A stretch of 64,000 nt of DNA. It comes from a virus. Shown in pieces: positions 26,301 to 35,218 of this stretch. The stretch is taken from positions 64,001 through 128,000 of the IMG/VR virus record IMGVR_UViG_3300045988_155520. One strand, written 5' to 3'. Below the pieces are notes generated by a model. The model did no database searches, had not been told where the DNA came from, and saw nothing but the letters and a program-made list of their open reading frames with translations. The stretch's first letter is position 1. Every line of letters starts with the position of its first letter. Both the position numbers and the translations under genes were made by a program.

Positions 26301-29287
26301 AACTTTGTATTTCGTTCTACGTTTACACTATCACTTTTATTATCACCATGTATAGATGCATGTCCACGATATTCTATCTTAGTTATATTATATTTACCTT
26401 TAAGTAAATCTTTAACTTTTGATAAACCTTCTTCGTCCACACAATCTTTATAGAAATTAGTTATTTCTTCATTATTATGTAAACCTACATACATATCAGC
26501 AAAACTAACTATTTCGTCAGTTTCTTTAAGACCAAACAGTCCTGCTTCTGGAGTTTTTTTGTAACCAATACTGTTTAATGAATGAGATTTCTTATCTACA
26601 TAGTTATCCCACATAGAAACACCTGTCTCTATGTCTACTAATCTCTGGTTGATAACATCGTCGGTTTTGTCAACACGATACCACCATCTTCTATGCTGCC
26701 ATTCTAATATACTACTACCAATTCCCTTTTCGTACTTTATTGGAATGACATTAAACTGTGTTAATATTTCACCTTTTTTAACAAATATTTTTCCATTATC
26801 AAGGTAAACTCTTGCTTTTCCATCTGGAGTAATTAGGTATTTTTTACCATTATTATTTGTCTTAATAGTAATATTGTCATATCTTTTGCTATTAAATACA
26901 ATAGAGAATCTATTAACTTTTGGTAATTTAGTACTATCTAATACTCCGCCTAAGATATGTTTTCCACCTAATCCATTAATTTCTTCTGGTGTAAATTCAT
27001 GACGTAATCCTTTACATGTCACAACAGCACTGGTGATTGGTTCAATATATGCAATAACTAAAGTCTTTTCTTTAGGGAATACTGTTGCGTTGAAAGAAGA
27101 TTCTTCTACAGTATTTCCTCCATAGTGATATTGTAATTTACTTCCGTCTCCAACATCACCTAATGTAAATTTGAATGTCTTATTACCGTTTATTTCAACT
27201 GTACATTCATTTTCTGTGTCTAATGGAAAATTACTTATATCAGCACGAACATAATTCTGGGATTTCATAATTGTACTTGAAATAATTCCCTTATCATATC
27301 CGTATTCTTTATCACCCCATTTTACTTTGTTTGCTTTAGAGTTAGAAAGTACTTCCATTGCTGCATAATAGGTCTTATCATCACCTTTTACTTTGTAATC
27401 AATAAAAGCATTTTCACTATCGGCAACACTATTTTTATAGTTTGCGGTATCAAACAACATATCCTCAGAGTTCTTGAAATTCTGAGGTGTTCTTGGTTCA
27501 ATATTCTTACCAAAAATACTTATACCCGTACTTCTTCCACTATTTAAACCAGCTCTTCTTGGTTTATTCATTTCATATCCAACACCATACTCTGATAAGA
27601 CATCTACAGCTACATCTGAAGGTAAACCCTCAAATGGTCTGGTTGGATTTGATGTGTTTTTAGTCTTAAACATTTGTGTTCCAAGACCATTAATCAAATA
27701 ATCGTATGCGTTTACAATACTATTTGTTCCTGGTGCATCACTTACACCAGAATAGTTATTAGGATAATATATTAAACAATATAGTTTTTTATCTTCAGGG
27801 TTAGGAGGGGTATCTGGTGAGGGAGAAGCAACTGGTGGTGTATCTTGAACATGGTCTGGTTCAGGCATTCTAAATTTACCAGCCTTTAATACTTCACAGC
27901 CTGCAAAGAATCTTAAAATTTGCTGTTCATTACTTTCAATATTATCAACGCCAGAGTTTGATGAATCTTCTGTTTTATTACCGTCACCTCTCAAACCATG
28001 TTCCCAATAATCAATTATTGATGGATGGTCAATTAATAAAGTAAATGACAAATTACCAGTTCTCTCTGTATTAGCATATGTATATATTTTCTCACCACGT
28101 CCTATAAATGAAGTTTCTCCCCAATCTACATTAACACTTTCATCAAACTTAATATTATATGGAGGGAACCACATAATTCTACCGCCAAAAGGTCCTTTTT
28201 GTTCTGGAGATAACCCATTATCTTCAAACTTCTTTGTGTCACTCATTTTGAATGTATCTTTCCAAGCGAGATTTTCTATTGAAAACATACATTGTTCTAA
28301 TCTAACTTTGTTGGCAGCGGTGCTTATACCATCTCTATAATCTGATACACTTACAACTGGTGCAATATTAGGCAGACCATTTAAGCGGTTCATTGTTCCA
28401 TACTTATCCAATCTTTCTCCGCCAGTTCCAAACTTGTCATCAGACCCATTATTGAATTTATAAGACGGACTTCTAAATGCACCCCAGTTATAATCGCTTT
28501 CAAGTGTTGCTTGACTTATTTTAGATGTATTCTCAGCGTCATCATCCTCTACAAATGGACGTATACCATCAATTAAAGTATGATATTGATGATGATATGT
28601 CCAAACACGGCAATAAGGATTATCATAACCATACGAACTTGTTGGGATTCTTTTTAAAAGATTTCGTCCATGTGACATACCATATTTCTTTGATATAGCA
28701 GTCTGAACTGGATTACTGTCATCTTTAGAATCTTCGGAATTTGTGTGAAATCTTGCAACCAACGTCCTATACTTACCAGCGGTGAAATTATCATTAGTTT
28801 TCTTTAAAAGTTCGTTTTGAGATAATTTGTTACTTCTGCCATTAAAACTTTCAACAAGCCCACTATGCCAAACACCAGCATTTGCTTGAGTTGCCACAAT
28901 AGCCCTATTCTGAGTAACATCGTCCTCAGATTCTGAATAATATGTATTGGTATCTTGAGTGTTTGTAGATGTTCCAGTAAAAGACATTGCCCAATCCTTT
29001 AGATTTTCAACATCTCTATCTACATCAGCAAAATGTACCGTTGGTTTATCACCATAGAAAGTAAATCTCTTATTATTATATATTCTTCTTACATGGTCAA
29101 ATATATATGTATAATCAAAACCCATCAAACTGACAGGTTTATGTCCAAGACCTTTTAATACCGTTGTGATTGAATCATAAGAATTTCTTTCTCCAATAGA
29201 ACGATTGATTAAATCTCCATTTTCGAGAACATTTTTTATTCCTGATTTACCTATTTCTTTAACTATATTTAATCCTTTCTTCGCCAT
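23309..29287 (-). CDS. Giant virion protein, 1992 aa, with an internal OmpA/MotB-like peptidoglycan-binding motif; probable baseplate/tube-initiator region protein
   Basis: It lies immediately after the tape-measure gene. ITKIEYRGHASIHGDNKSDSVNVERNTKLAMQRADTAKAWF (about nt 26230-26430) matches the OmpA_C pattern (G.tD..G....N..LS..RA..v). A short tandem repeat AKAVN/AKAVD x3 lies at about 23990-24050. Confidence 0.5.
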   Translation of the reverse strand: MAKKGLNIVKEIGKSGIKNVLENGDLINRSIGERNSYDSITTVLKGLGHKPVSLMGFDYTYIFDHVRRIYNNKRFTFYGDKPTVHFADVDRDVENLKDWAMSFTGTSTNTQDTNTYYSESEDDVTQNRAIVATQANAGVWHSGLVESFNGRSNKLSQNELLKKTNDNFTAGKYRTLVARFHTNSEDSKDDSNPVQTAISKKYGMSHGRNLLKRIPTSSYGYDNPYCRVWTYHHQYHTLIDGIRPFVEDDDAENTSKISQATLESDYNWGAFRSPSYKFNNGSDDKFGTGGERLDKYGTMNRLNGLPNIAPVVSVSDYRDGISTAANKVRLEQCMFSIENLAWKDTFKMSDTKKFEDNGLSPEQKGPFGGRIMWFPPYNIKFDESVNVDWGETSFIGRGEKIYTYANTERTGNLSFTLLIDHPSIIDYWEHGLRGDGNKTEDSSNSGVDNIESNEQQILRFFAGCEVLKAGKFRMPEPDHVQDTPPVASPSPDTPPNPEDKKLYCLIYYPNNYSGVSDAPGTNSIVNAYDYLINGLGTQMFKTKNTSNPTRPFEGLPSDVAVDVLSEYGVGYEMNKPRRAGLNSGRSTGISIFGKNIEPRTPQNFKNSEDMLFDTANYKNSVADSENAFIDYKVKGDDKTYYAAMEVLSNSKANKVKWGDKEYGYDKGIISSTIMKSQNYVRADISNFPLDTENECTVEINGNKTFKFTLGDVGDGSKLQYHYGGNTVEESSFNATVFPKEKTLVIAYIEPITSAVVTCKGLRHEFTPEEINGLGGKHILGGVLDSTKLPKVNRFSIVFNSKRYDNITIKTNNNGKKYLITPDGKARVYLDNGKIFVKKGEILTQFNVIPIKYEKGIGSSILEWQHRRWWYRVDKTDDVINQRLVDIETGVSMWDNYVDKKSHSLNSIGYKKTPEAGLFGLKETDEIVSFADMYVGLHNNEEITNFYKDCVDEEGLSKVKDLLKGKYNITKIEYRGHASIHGDNKSDSVNVERNTKLAMQRADTAKAWFSSFKSPFQDLAKSGENNTRTNIQTTPKRIANNDVDDILIKQWRSAAIIIHYRDALTVDSQDSMTNTPKILQDPKLPQLDNEEGKDWTILGSKDNDGNITGYTCNDIFIMRCGAHYWNKFYSRPKNAYNRLSVDMWMNDSSTQKELLKLYGNGIQGKECTGEIDGFSDSNREKIRGWIRDAYRTASLSSNDSSSVYSRETTSTSDETSTSNSETREKVIGNGVPEVNVTDQQSFNKAMAYRYFYDYNFYPDETTRRPVVFDFDNIYKWGNAHRLEFEEEYKNQYVYYEPWFLESVDLFYKTNGNPSLLNDDKEFSKVIKQVYLNEETSISLYTKYDYDKLRDYAIQYCSYPRIYDRVRKELSKSVGLKYLEDYGKQKQDIGDKFVYSTLALKIVDDLKSNRDGVYIAKQYNIEEVKGIVNIYKKGIEGIPCGDTDPYLDTLLSAISLLENPTFSKDNGNGTEKIFTTMSEVTSRMTDDECKAKVMSVVEKGSITPDQAWKLYEKCIGEKNVNDNDKAKNKTELGNYPRYDNEGEFFKLLKLNDPTLHNLVTEKVKYFDPAFHSVSPEGFNARLTFLHQCTRQGPTIGASDVNQNNRIANNLAFGRPPVCILRIGDFYYTKIAIKSISIQYDPVQWDLNQEGIGIMPMFADISISFSFLGGSGLSGPIARLQNAVSFNYYANTEVYDNRSEQAEYSNGKLTYFKPFEVNYNLPESEAVPISDANDEVGAKDTNVANKVESQPKAVNAKAVDAKAVNAKSTGHRRNKSSRTQSSVPTPTPNRSGTTNETAEVIKEGVTTSQQEPLKVKAPVRSGISNNNSKRVICKYIRFGISRFSGQGNKLMEATDGVTPFEETIPTGPFDFYEMIKNYLDRRKTNFMFIAYIYYYDKNTKQVVDAKCWGCRSRRKNNTKNDEAEWFIYGSKPVKTIRSGLTPPLIEDKQDNYREGFYFADYKFVNEKNTRQTVSQDILKKGLYVDTKGRGRIYKK

Positions 29288-29348
29288 TTCGTTAATACAT
29301 ATTACCTATTAAATAATAACATTTTTCTTTGGTTTATGAATAGATATA

Positions 29349-31925
29349 TTAAGCTGTTCTGTGTCCAGAATCAATACCTACTCCTCTGTCATAACTAACA
29401 TTCCTATTCTTCATACCCATGTTAGCTTGCTTATTCATATTTTCTCTGATACTTGCCGTAAGTGAACGTTCTAATTCTTTCTTAATAGCATCCATATCAA
29501 TATTGCTTATTTTTCCATCTGAACCTCTAAGGTTAATATCACCGCTAACATTTACATTGATATTACCAAATTCCATTTTACCAGAATTAACTGGTACTGT
29601 ATCTTCTTTCCTTCTTGGGTCAGCAAAATAAGTTGGTTCACCGACTGGTTTAACAGTAATCTTAGTATGTCTCACTCCTGCTGTACCATTTTTGATAACA
29701 GTTGTACGGTCATTTAAGTTCTCAATAACTGTAGTTTGTCTATTAATAGCATCTACAACACTACTACTACCTGTTTTAATATCTTCTCTAACAGCTGTTG
29801 TTGCTTTATCTTCGTTACTATTATAGGTGTTATTTGTACCTCCAGTGCGTGAACTTTCAGACATACTTGCATCTGTCCATGCTGTACTGTTATAATTTGT
29901 ACTATATGAACTATTGTAGGTACCAAGTCCTCTTCTTCTCATGGTGTTTCCAGATGAATCCGCTGACTGCATTGCACCTACATTATCATAAACGACTTTA
30001 ACTTTAGATTCATCTTTCTTTTGTGCATCTGCAATTGCTTTATTAAAGCCTTCTTTTCTTTCTTCTCCAGTTGCACCCATTTTGTCTACAGCCTGTTTTC
30101 CAAACACCATAACTTCTTTACCGATTGTTATGGCATTCCCAACCAATCCAGTTGCAGCTTTGAAGGTTTGTCTTGTTTCGTCTTTTATAGTACTAAAGTC
30201 ACTTCTTAACTCTTCACCTCTTGCATCTTTAGAATCCCATCCTTTCAGACCCATTCTATCCAATAAGGTACCCACACCATTATATACTTCTTTTCCTAAT
30301 GTAATACCAGAAGCCAATTTAGAAATATTGTCTAATGTGTTTTGAGTACCTTTATCAGCACCAAATAATCTTCCAATAACAGCAAGTGATGATAATATAC
30401 CTTGAATAGCTACACCAAACCATCCCAATAATGCCATTACAGACCATTGCGCAACTACAGCAGCACCAGCAGCTATACCTTGAATTAAGACCTTTGCAAG
30501 ACCTGTCCAAAAGCGTGGATTTACAAGGATTCTTATTCCACTAACTAACATCTTTAATAAGCCAACAGACACACTAATACCATTTGCAACAAGATTTGTT
30601 ATAGTAGGCACTAATTTACTTATTAAGCTCTTAAATCCATCAAGCATAGGGAATAAAGTTTCTGCCAATTGTGCACCTATCATAGCCTGTATACCTTCAA
30701 TTCTCTCACTGACACTGACTATCTGTTGTGCACCGCTCATAAATGCTTCTCTATCCGTCATGCTTTCCTGCTTTTGAAGAGCCATGACTTCTTCTGGTGT
30801 CATTTGACTAATCTCCTTAGTTTTACCAGAAACATCTGTAATGGTAAACTGACCTGTCTTAGTATCGTATTGTGCTTTATTTTCAACGAACGCTTTTTGT
30901 TCTTCTGTTAAATGACTCAAAGCACCGCCTGCTTGTTGGTCTACGAATTTAACTTTTGCGGATGATTTTGCTATCTGTACAGCTTCCTCTGGATTCATAC
31001 CCATAGCCTTTGCCTGTTCCTTAATTAAAGCCATGTTATACCCAGTAAGTTCACTCATACCAGTTTTAGTGTTGAATGTACCTAAGCTGCCAAATATATC
31101 AGTCATTCTCTTTGTAAGAGCCTCTGGGTCATTCAATGACTCATATAACATAGTCATTGGATTAGAGCCGTATGTAGCACCCATACCACCTAACATCTGA
31201 AGATTTGCTGAAGATTCTATAGACCCTTGTATAGAGCTAAATTTATCTATAACACTTCCCATTGACTGTAGGTTGAAACCGAGTTTCTCTGAAAGTGCTG
31301 TCATCTTCATAATGCCATTAACACCGTCAGCAAACTTATATTGGTTTGCCATTTTGATGTTTTGTGCAACTTTAGCTGAGTACTCCTGAGCTGATAAACC
31401 CATTCTTGTTGCTTGGGTATAACTATCAATGGCTAAATCCATTGCCCCCTGAACACTACCACCAAATTTCTGATACTCTTCATAGAATTGGGACATAGCT
31501 GACTCGCCAATAGTTCTATTAGCAGCAACAGCTATCTCTGCTTGTGCATCATTAAACATTATAGCTTTACCAGTGGCTTTGGATAAATTCTCTTGAATTT
31601 GTCCGATAGCTTCACTTGTAACACCATATACGGCAGCTAAATCTTTGGTACGACGTATTAAAGTACCAGTGTAAGCAACACTTGACCCGTAATTTAAACC
31701 AATTTGACGGGATGTTTTAACACCCATTTCGTCAAATTTCTGTAGTTCAGTTAAGCCACTTTTAATCATGGCTATCGGGTTTATGAGTGAGAAAAATGAG
31801 CCAACGACTTTTTTCGCACCATTCAACAATACGTTAGAAGCACCAGTAGCACCACCAACGACTATTTTAGCAAAATTTTTTCCAGCAAAACCAAGTATAC
31901 TTCCTATAACAGCAATAGGTGCCAT
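29349..31925 (-). CDS. Tail tape measure protein
   Basis: 858 aa, Ala/Gly/Met-rich and helical, with central hydrophobic segments (GISVSVGLLKMLVSGIRILV..., IQGIAAGAAVVAQWSVMALLGWFGVAIQGILSSLAVIG). It lies between the tube/chaperone region and the hub genes. Confidence 0.6.
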   Translation of the reverse strand: MAPIAVIGSILGFAGKNFAKIVVGGATGASNVLLNGAKKVVGSFFSLINPIAMIKSGLTELQKFDEMGVKTSRQIGLNYGSSVAYTGTLIRRTKDLAAVYGVTSEAIGQIQENLSKATGKAIMFNDAQAEIAVAANRTIGESAMSQFYEEYQKFGGSVQGAMDLAIDSYTQATRMGLSAQEYSAKVAQNIKMANQYKFADGVNGIMKMTALSEKLGFNLQSMGSVIDKFSSIQGSIESSANLQMLGGMGATYGSNPMTMLYESLNDPEALTKRMTDIFGSLGTFNTKTGMSELTGYNMALIKEQAKAMGMNPEEAVQIAKSSAKVKFVDQQAGGALSHLTEEQKAFVENKAQYDTKTGQFTITDVSGKTKEISQMTPEEVMALQKQESMTDREAFMSGAQQIVSVSERIEGIQAMIGAQLAETLFPMLDGFKSLISKLVPTITNLVANGISVSVGLLKMLVSGIRILVNPRFWTGLAKVLIQGIAAGAAVVAQWSVMALLGWFGVAIQGILSSLAVIGRLFGADKGTQNTLDNISKLASGITLGKEVYNGVGTLLDRMGLKGWDSKDARGEELRSDFSTIKDETRQTFKAATGLVGNAITIGKEVMVFGKQAVDKMGATGEERKEGFNKAIADAQKKDESKVKVVYDNVGAMQSADSSGNTMRRRGLGTYNSSYSTNYNSTAWTDASMSESSRTGGTNNTYNSNEDKATTAVREDIKTGSSSVVDAINRQTTVIENLNDRTTVIKNGTAGVRHTKITVKPVGEPTYFADPRRKEDTVPVNSGKMEFGNINVNVSGDINLRGSDGKISNIDMDAIKKELERSLTASIRENMNKQANMGMKNRNVSYDRGVGIDSGHRTA

Positions 31926-32007
31926 ATTTTATGTAGTTTAATTCTTATTTTATTATAAATAAATAGCTTATTAACGTTTTTTAAAATATTATATTTGGCT
32001 ATATCAA

Positions 32008-32015
32008 TATTTTTA
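32008..32015 (+). promoter_or_regulatory. Candidate -7 box TACCTTTG (no well-spaced -33 TTTG)
   Basis: TAnnTTTG match 49 nt upstream of the ATG at 32065. The only upstream TTTG is 10 nt away, which is off-consensus. Confidence 0.35.
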
Positions 32016-32064
32016 CTTACCTTTGCATCACAATTAAATTAATAAACAAATAAAATTTACGATT

Positions 32065-32265
32065 ATGATTATTTCAAAGATTAAAGGTAATACAATTCTT
32101 ACATTTTCAGGGTGTTTGGATATTATTGGTTATTTTATTGCACTTATTTTCTTTTGGGCAATTGTAATTATTCTATTTAGTTTGTTTATTGGATGGTTCT
32201 TGGAAGACCCAGAAGGTCATATTATGAATGGAATGCACTCTATTCAATTATGGCTTGAGAGTTAA
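32065..32265 (+). CDS. Small membrane protein (66 aa, two predicted TM helices)
   Basis: ILTFSGCLDIIGYFIALIFFWAIVIILFSLFIGWFL is strongly hydrophobic. It is the first gene of a plus-strand two-gene cassette. Confidence 0.5.
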   Translation: MIISKIKGNTILTFSGCLDIIGYFIALIFFWAIVIILFSLFIGWFLEDPEGHIMNGMHSIQLWLES

Positions 32266-32310
32266 TCGTTTTTTCTGTTTAATTGATATTTATTCTAAAA
32301 GAACAATATA

Positions 32311-33015
32311 ATGAATTTAGATAATATCATAAAGGAAAGTATTAACGAATTTTTAATCAATGAGTTGTTTAATAAGAATAAATACTCCAATCTCGTTAAC
32401 TCAGCTATAATGAATCTTGAGAGCTGTTTATTCTATCCTCAAATAGAAAATATTAATGCTACCAATGTCCCTCAAGAATATATTGAAATGGCTTCTATTT
32501 TTAATGCTGGTCATACTTTAGCTAATCAACTAATGGCAACATTAAAACAAATTCAAGCATCTATTAATTATGGCAAAAATGTAAAGGAATCACATATTTT
32601 TGAAAGTCCTTCTATTCCATCTTTAATTCCATCACAATTACGTAATTGGAATCCTGTAAGAGATTTTGCTGTCGGTGCTAAAAAGGGTATGAATGCCGTT
32701 GAAAAAACTTTTGGTAAAAATGGTTCACAAAACAACCGTACTAATAGTAAAGATATGAAAACGCAGGATAATGCATATATGATGCGTTCTGCTAATTTGA
32801 AAAACATCCTTGATTCTATTTTGTCAAAATTTAATGGTCAAGTTCAAGATTTTGCTAACCGCTTTACGTCAGATAAGAACTTACAGAAACAACTCGCTCG
32901 ATATGCTACATATATTAATACTGAAATTAAAAGTTGTTATAAGTTAATTACAGTAGCCAATAACCTACGTTATAGTGGTATTGAAAATGCAAATTTCAAA
33001 CAAATCAGAAAATAA
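32311..33015 (+). CDS. Hypothetical protein (234 aa)
   Basis: Clean ORF followed by a strong hairpin terminator. No motif recognised. Confidence 0.55.
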   Translation: MNLDNIIKESINEFLINELFNKNKYSNLVNSAIMNLESCLFYPQIENINATNVPQEYIEMASIFNAGHTLANQLMATLKQIQASINYGKNVKESHIFESPSIPSLIPSQLRNWNPVRDFAVGAKKGMNAVEKTFGKNGSQNNRTNSKDMKTQDNAYMMRSANLKNILDSILSKFNGQVQDFANRFTSDKNLQKQLARYATYINTEIKSCYKLITVANNLRYSGIENANFKQIRK

Positions 33016-33017
33016 AT

Positions 33018-33042
33018 AAAGCCTTGGATTAACCAAGGCTTT
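33018..33042. terminator. Bidirectional intrinsic terminator between convergent genes
   Basis: Perfect 10-bp stem aaagccttgg (33018-33027) / ccaaggcttt (33033-33042) with loop attaa. A-rich and T-rich flanks give a U-tract in both orientations. Confidence 0.65.
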
Positions 33043-33044
33043 AT

Positions 33045-33347
33045 TTATAATTCTAAATCATTTTGGGCCATATCAGTAGCTGCATCTATATTTGCCGAAC
33101 TACTACCTCCGCCTTCATAACTCTTTGCCTTTTCTTCCATATATTCATTATATTGATGTATATAATATTTTCTATCTCTGATAGGCATCTTATCTAATGT
33201 CGCAAAAGGTATACCGATATGTTTAAAACAACCAAATAATTCTTCTTTAAGATTTTTCTCGTAATTCGGAGATATTGAGGAAAACAGAATCGTCCCAGTT
33301 AAGAAAGGTCTCAAATGAGCCACCTCCCATTGACTCTGGTCTTTCAA
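33045..33347 (-). CDS. Short ORF overlapping the 3' end of the upstream gene; an independent small protein or a +1-frame extension
   Basis: The track start is a TTG. This frame is open only from 33362 and overlaps ORF 33247..34629 by 101 nt. It ends at the bidirectional terminator. Confidence 0.3.
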   Translation of the reverse strand: MKDQSQWEVAHLRPFLTGTILFSSISPNYEKNLKEELFGCFKHIGIPFATLDKMPIRDRKYYIHQYNEYMEEKAKSYEGGGSSSANIDAATDMAQNDLEL

Positions 33348-34629
33348 CAGTAATGTTAAAGTTCATACCAGGCGTGTTATCGTTAATATATCTTCTCAAC
33401 ATCAATGAATCACGTGCAGGCATTGTATTGATGAACTTATTAATATACTTTCTATCTGTATTTCCGTCAATAGACACAACTTGTAACTGAAGAATATTTG
33501 TAATCATTCGTGTAAACGGTTTATCACTCTTCTTCTTCAAACGTTCTGTCCAACGTCTAAGTAATTTAACGGTCTTATCAACATCATTTTTCTCTTGAGT
33601 TGTAATTAACTCATCGGTAGATGCCATTCTCATCAGATTTCTACCCATCTCTGTCAATAGTTCTGCCTTTGTACCGTAGTTCTCTATTTTGGTAATGAGT
33701 GAAAGTTGTTTTTCTTCTTTTCTTGTGAGATACTTAAACTTTACCTTCTTCTTTGTAATTGGAAGAGTGTATTCAAAGTGTCCGTTTTCGTCAGATACAA
33801 GTTTAAACTCCTTTGGTTTAATAGTTGTTAAGTCAACTATTGTTTCAATTCTTTCACCTGTTTCTGGGTCTGCAACTACAATAGGAAACTCTGGTCCGTA
33901 ACTTGTTGCACGTAACCATACCATGATAGCATCCACATCACCACTAACTAAAGAGTCAGCATCAATACCACTATTCATTATCTTATGTTTTAAAAGATAA
34001 TCAATGACTAATCCGTCTTCATAAAGATTTGGTGAAGTAATGAAGTTCTCATCATAAGCGGTTAAATAACCTACTGGGATTCTATCCAGCTTGTCAGGAT
34101 AACATTCTCCGTTACTTGGCAATTGAATGATATCATATTGTACCTCTGGGTCAACATTGTTGTAAAGTTTATCATTCTGTGTTTTTACAGCTGTTGGTAC
34201 ACTATCCATGTTATCTGAACTCAAGTCTATATAATCGTCTTCATCTTCATCATCACTAATGTCGTCCATATATTCATCTTTAATGCTATGTTCTCTATAA
34301 GTATCACTACTAACTTTTTGAGTAGTTTTATCCTCATGTTTAAGTATTGAAAATACATCATAGTCATCGAATAAGTCGTCATTTGTTTTATCTTTTTTTA
34401 CTGTTTGATTAAGATTGATATTTACGTCTGCTTCTGGGTCAATCTTTTTAATATGGTCTTGAACCTCTTTTTGCGCTTTCTTAATGCGTTTAACAGATTC
34501 CTCTTTACCTCTTTCCTTAGCCTGTTGTATACTATTTTCTAACATTTGGTTATTAGCTTGAAGAATCTTTATTTCTTTAAGTTGTTCCTCACTTAGTTTT
34601 TTCTTTGACATATTATATGAATTTATCAA
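33247..34629 (-). CDS. Tail/baseplate assembly protein candidate (possible T4 gp26-like hub motif), 460 aa
   Basis: N-terminal coiled coil, an acidic linker, then IIQLPSNGECYPDKLDRIPVGYLTAYDENFITSP...SGDVDAIMVWLRATSYGPEF. This resembles my recollection of the LPSxG..Y...mt..DE....D...ll..lR..syG pattern of T4-type baseplate hub proteins. The functional call is weak. Confidence 0.3.
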   Translation of the reverse strand: MINSYNMSKKKLSEEQLKEIKILQANNQMLENSIQQAKERGKEESVKRIKKAQKEVQDHIKKIDPEADVNINLNQTVKKDKTNDDLFDDYDVFSILKHEDKTTQKVSSDTYREHSIKDEYMDDISDDEDEDDYIDLSSDNMDSVPTAVKTQNDKLYNNVDPEVQYDIIQLPSNGECYPDKLDRIPVGYLTAYDENFITSPNLYEDGLVIDYLLKHKIMNSGIDADSLVSGDVDAIMVWLRATSYGPEFPIVVADPETGERIETIVDLTTIKPKEFKLVSDENGHFEYTLPITKKKVKFKYLTRKEEKQLSLITKIENYGTKAELLTEMGRNLMRMASTDELITTQEKNDVDKTVKLLRRWTERLKKKSDKPFTRMITNILQLQVVSIDGNTDRKYINKFINTMPARDSLMLRRYINDNTPGMNFNITVERPESMGGGSFETFLNWDDSVFLNISELREKS

Positions 34630-35218
34630 TTAAATTTATTTTTTCCACGAGAATAATATACTCTCCGACTTTTACTCTTTCTATAATTTTACAATTAACC
34701 AACTCTGCATAAATATCCTTATTAGCATTATTTTTAAAGCATATTTTTACATTTCTCTTTGGTTCATTCTGTAATACCCAATCTTCTCCATATGACTCAT
34801 ATGTATGTATTTCGTCATGTCCTCTATTCCATACACCAAACTCTGTTTCAAATTCTTCGTCAGAAGAGTTAAAATCCAGTCTAAAACGAGTAATAAACAT
34901 TTCTTGTTGAGAGAAATACGTAATTAGATTGTCTACAGTTTCTGGATTATTGTCCATATCATATAATAAACCTTGACACTGGGCATAACTAATTTTATCT
35001 TCTTTATAAGGTGATTTTTGACCCATCATATAAGTGTTACCATTGAATCCACTATGTGACCCAGTACTATCACTCATTGTTTCATAAATTATATCTTTGT
35101 ATTTCTCGTACTCGCTTACAAGTTTGTTCGTGTAGTCATTATCTTTATAGTAATTATTATCCACACTAAAAGAATCATCATTGTAATCAAGGTACGGCAT
35201 ATAAAACGTAACATTCAT
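34613..35218 (-). CDS. Hypothetical protein (201 aa), tail module
   Basis: ORF with 4-nt and 17-nt overlaps with its neighbours, suggesting translational coupling. No motif recognised. Confidence 0.55.
   Translation of the reverse strand: MNVTFYMPYLDYNDDSFSVDNNYYKDNDYTNKLVSEYEKYKDIIYETMSDSTGSHSGFNGNTYMMGQKSPYKEDKISYAQCQGLLYDMDNNPETVDNLITYFSQQEMFITRFRLDFNSSDEEFETEFGVWNRGHDEIHTYESYGEDWVLQNEPKRNVKICFKNNANKDIYAELVNCKIIERVKVGEYIILVEKINLIDKFI

Noticed and set aside
33247-33362. A canonical -1 programmed frameshift (lambda G/GT or P2 E/E' type) for the overlapping ORFs upstream of the tape measure.
   Set aside because: Codon-phase arithmetic shows the downstream frame is +1/-2, not -1. No X XXY YYZ slippery heptamer is present in the overlap. 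I kept it only as a low-confidence +1 or independent-initiation candidate.
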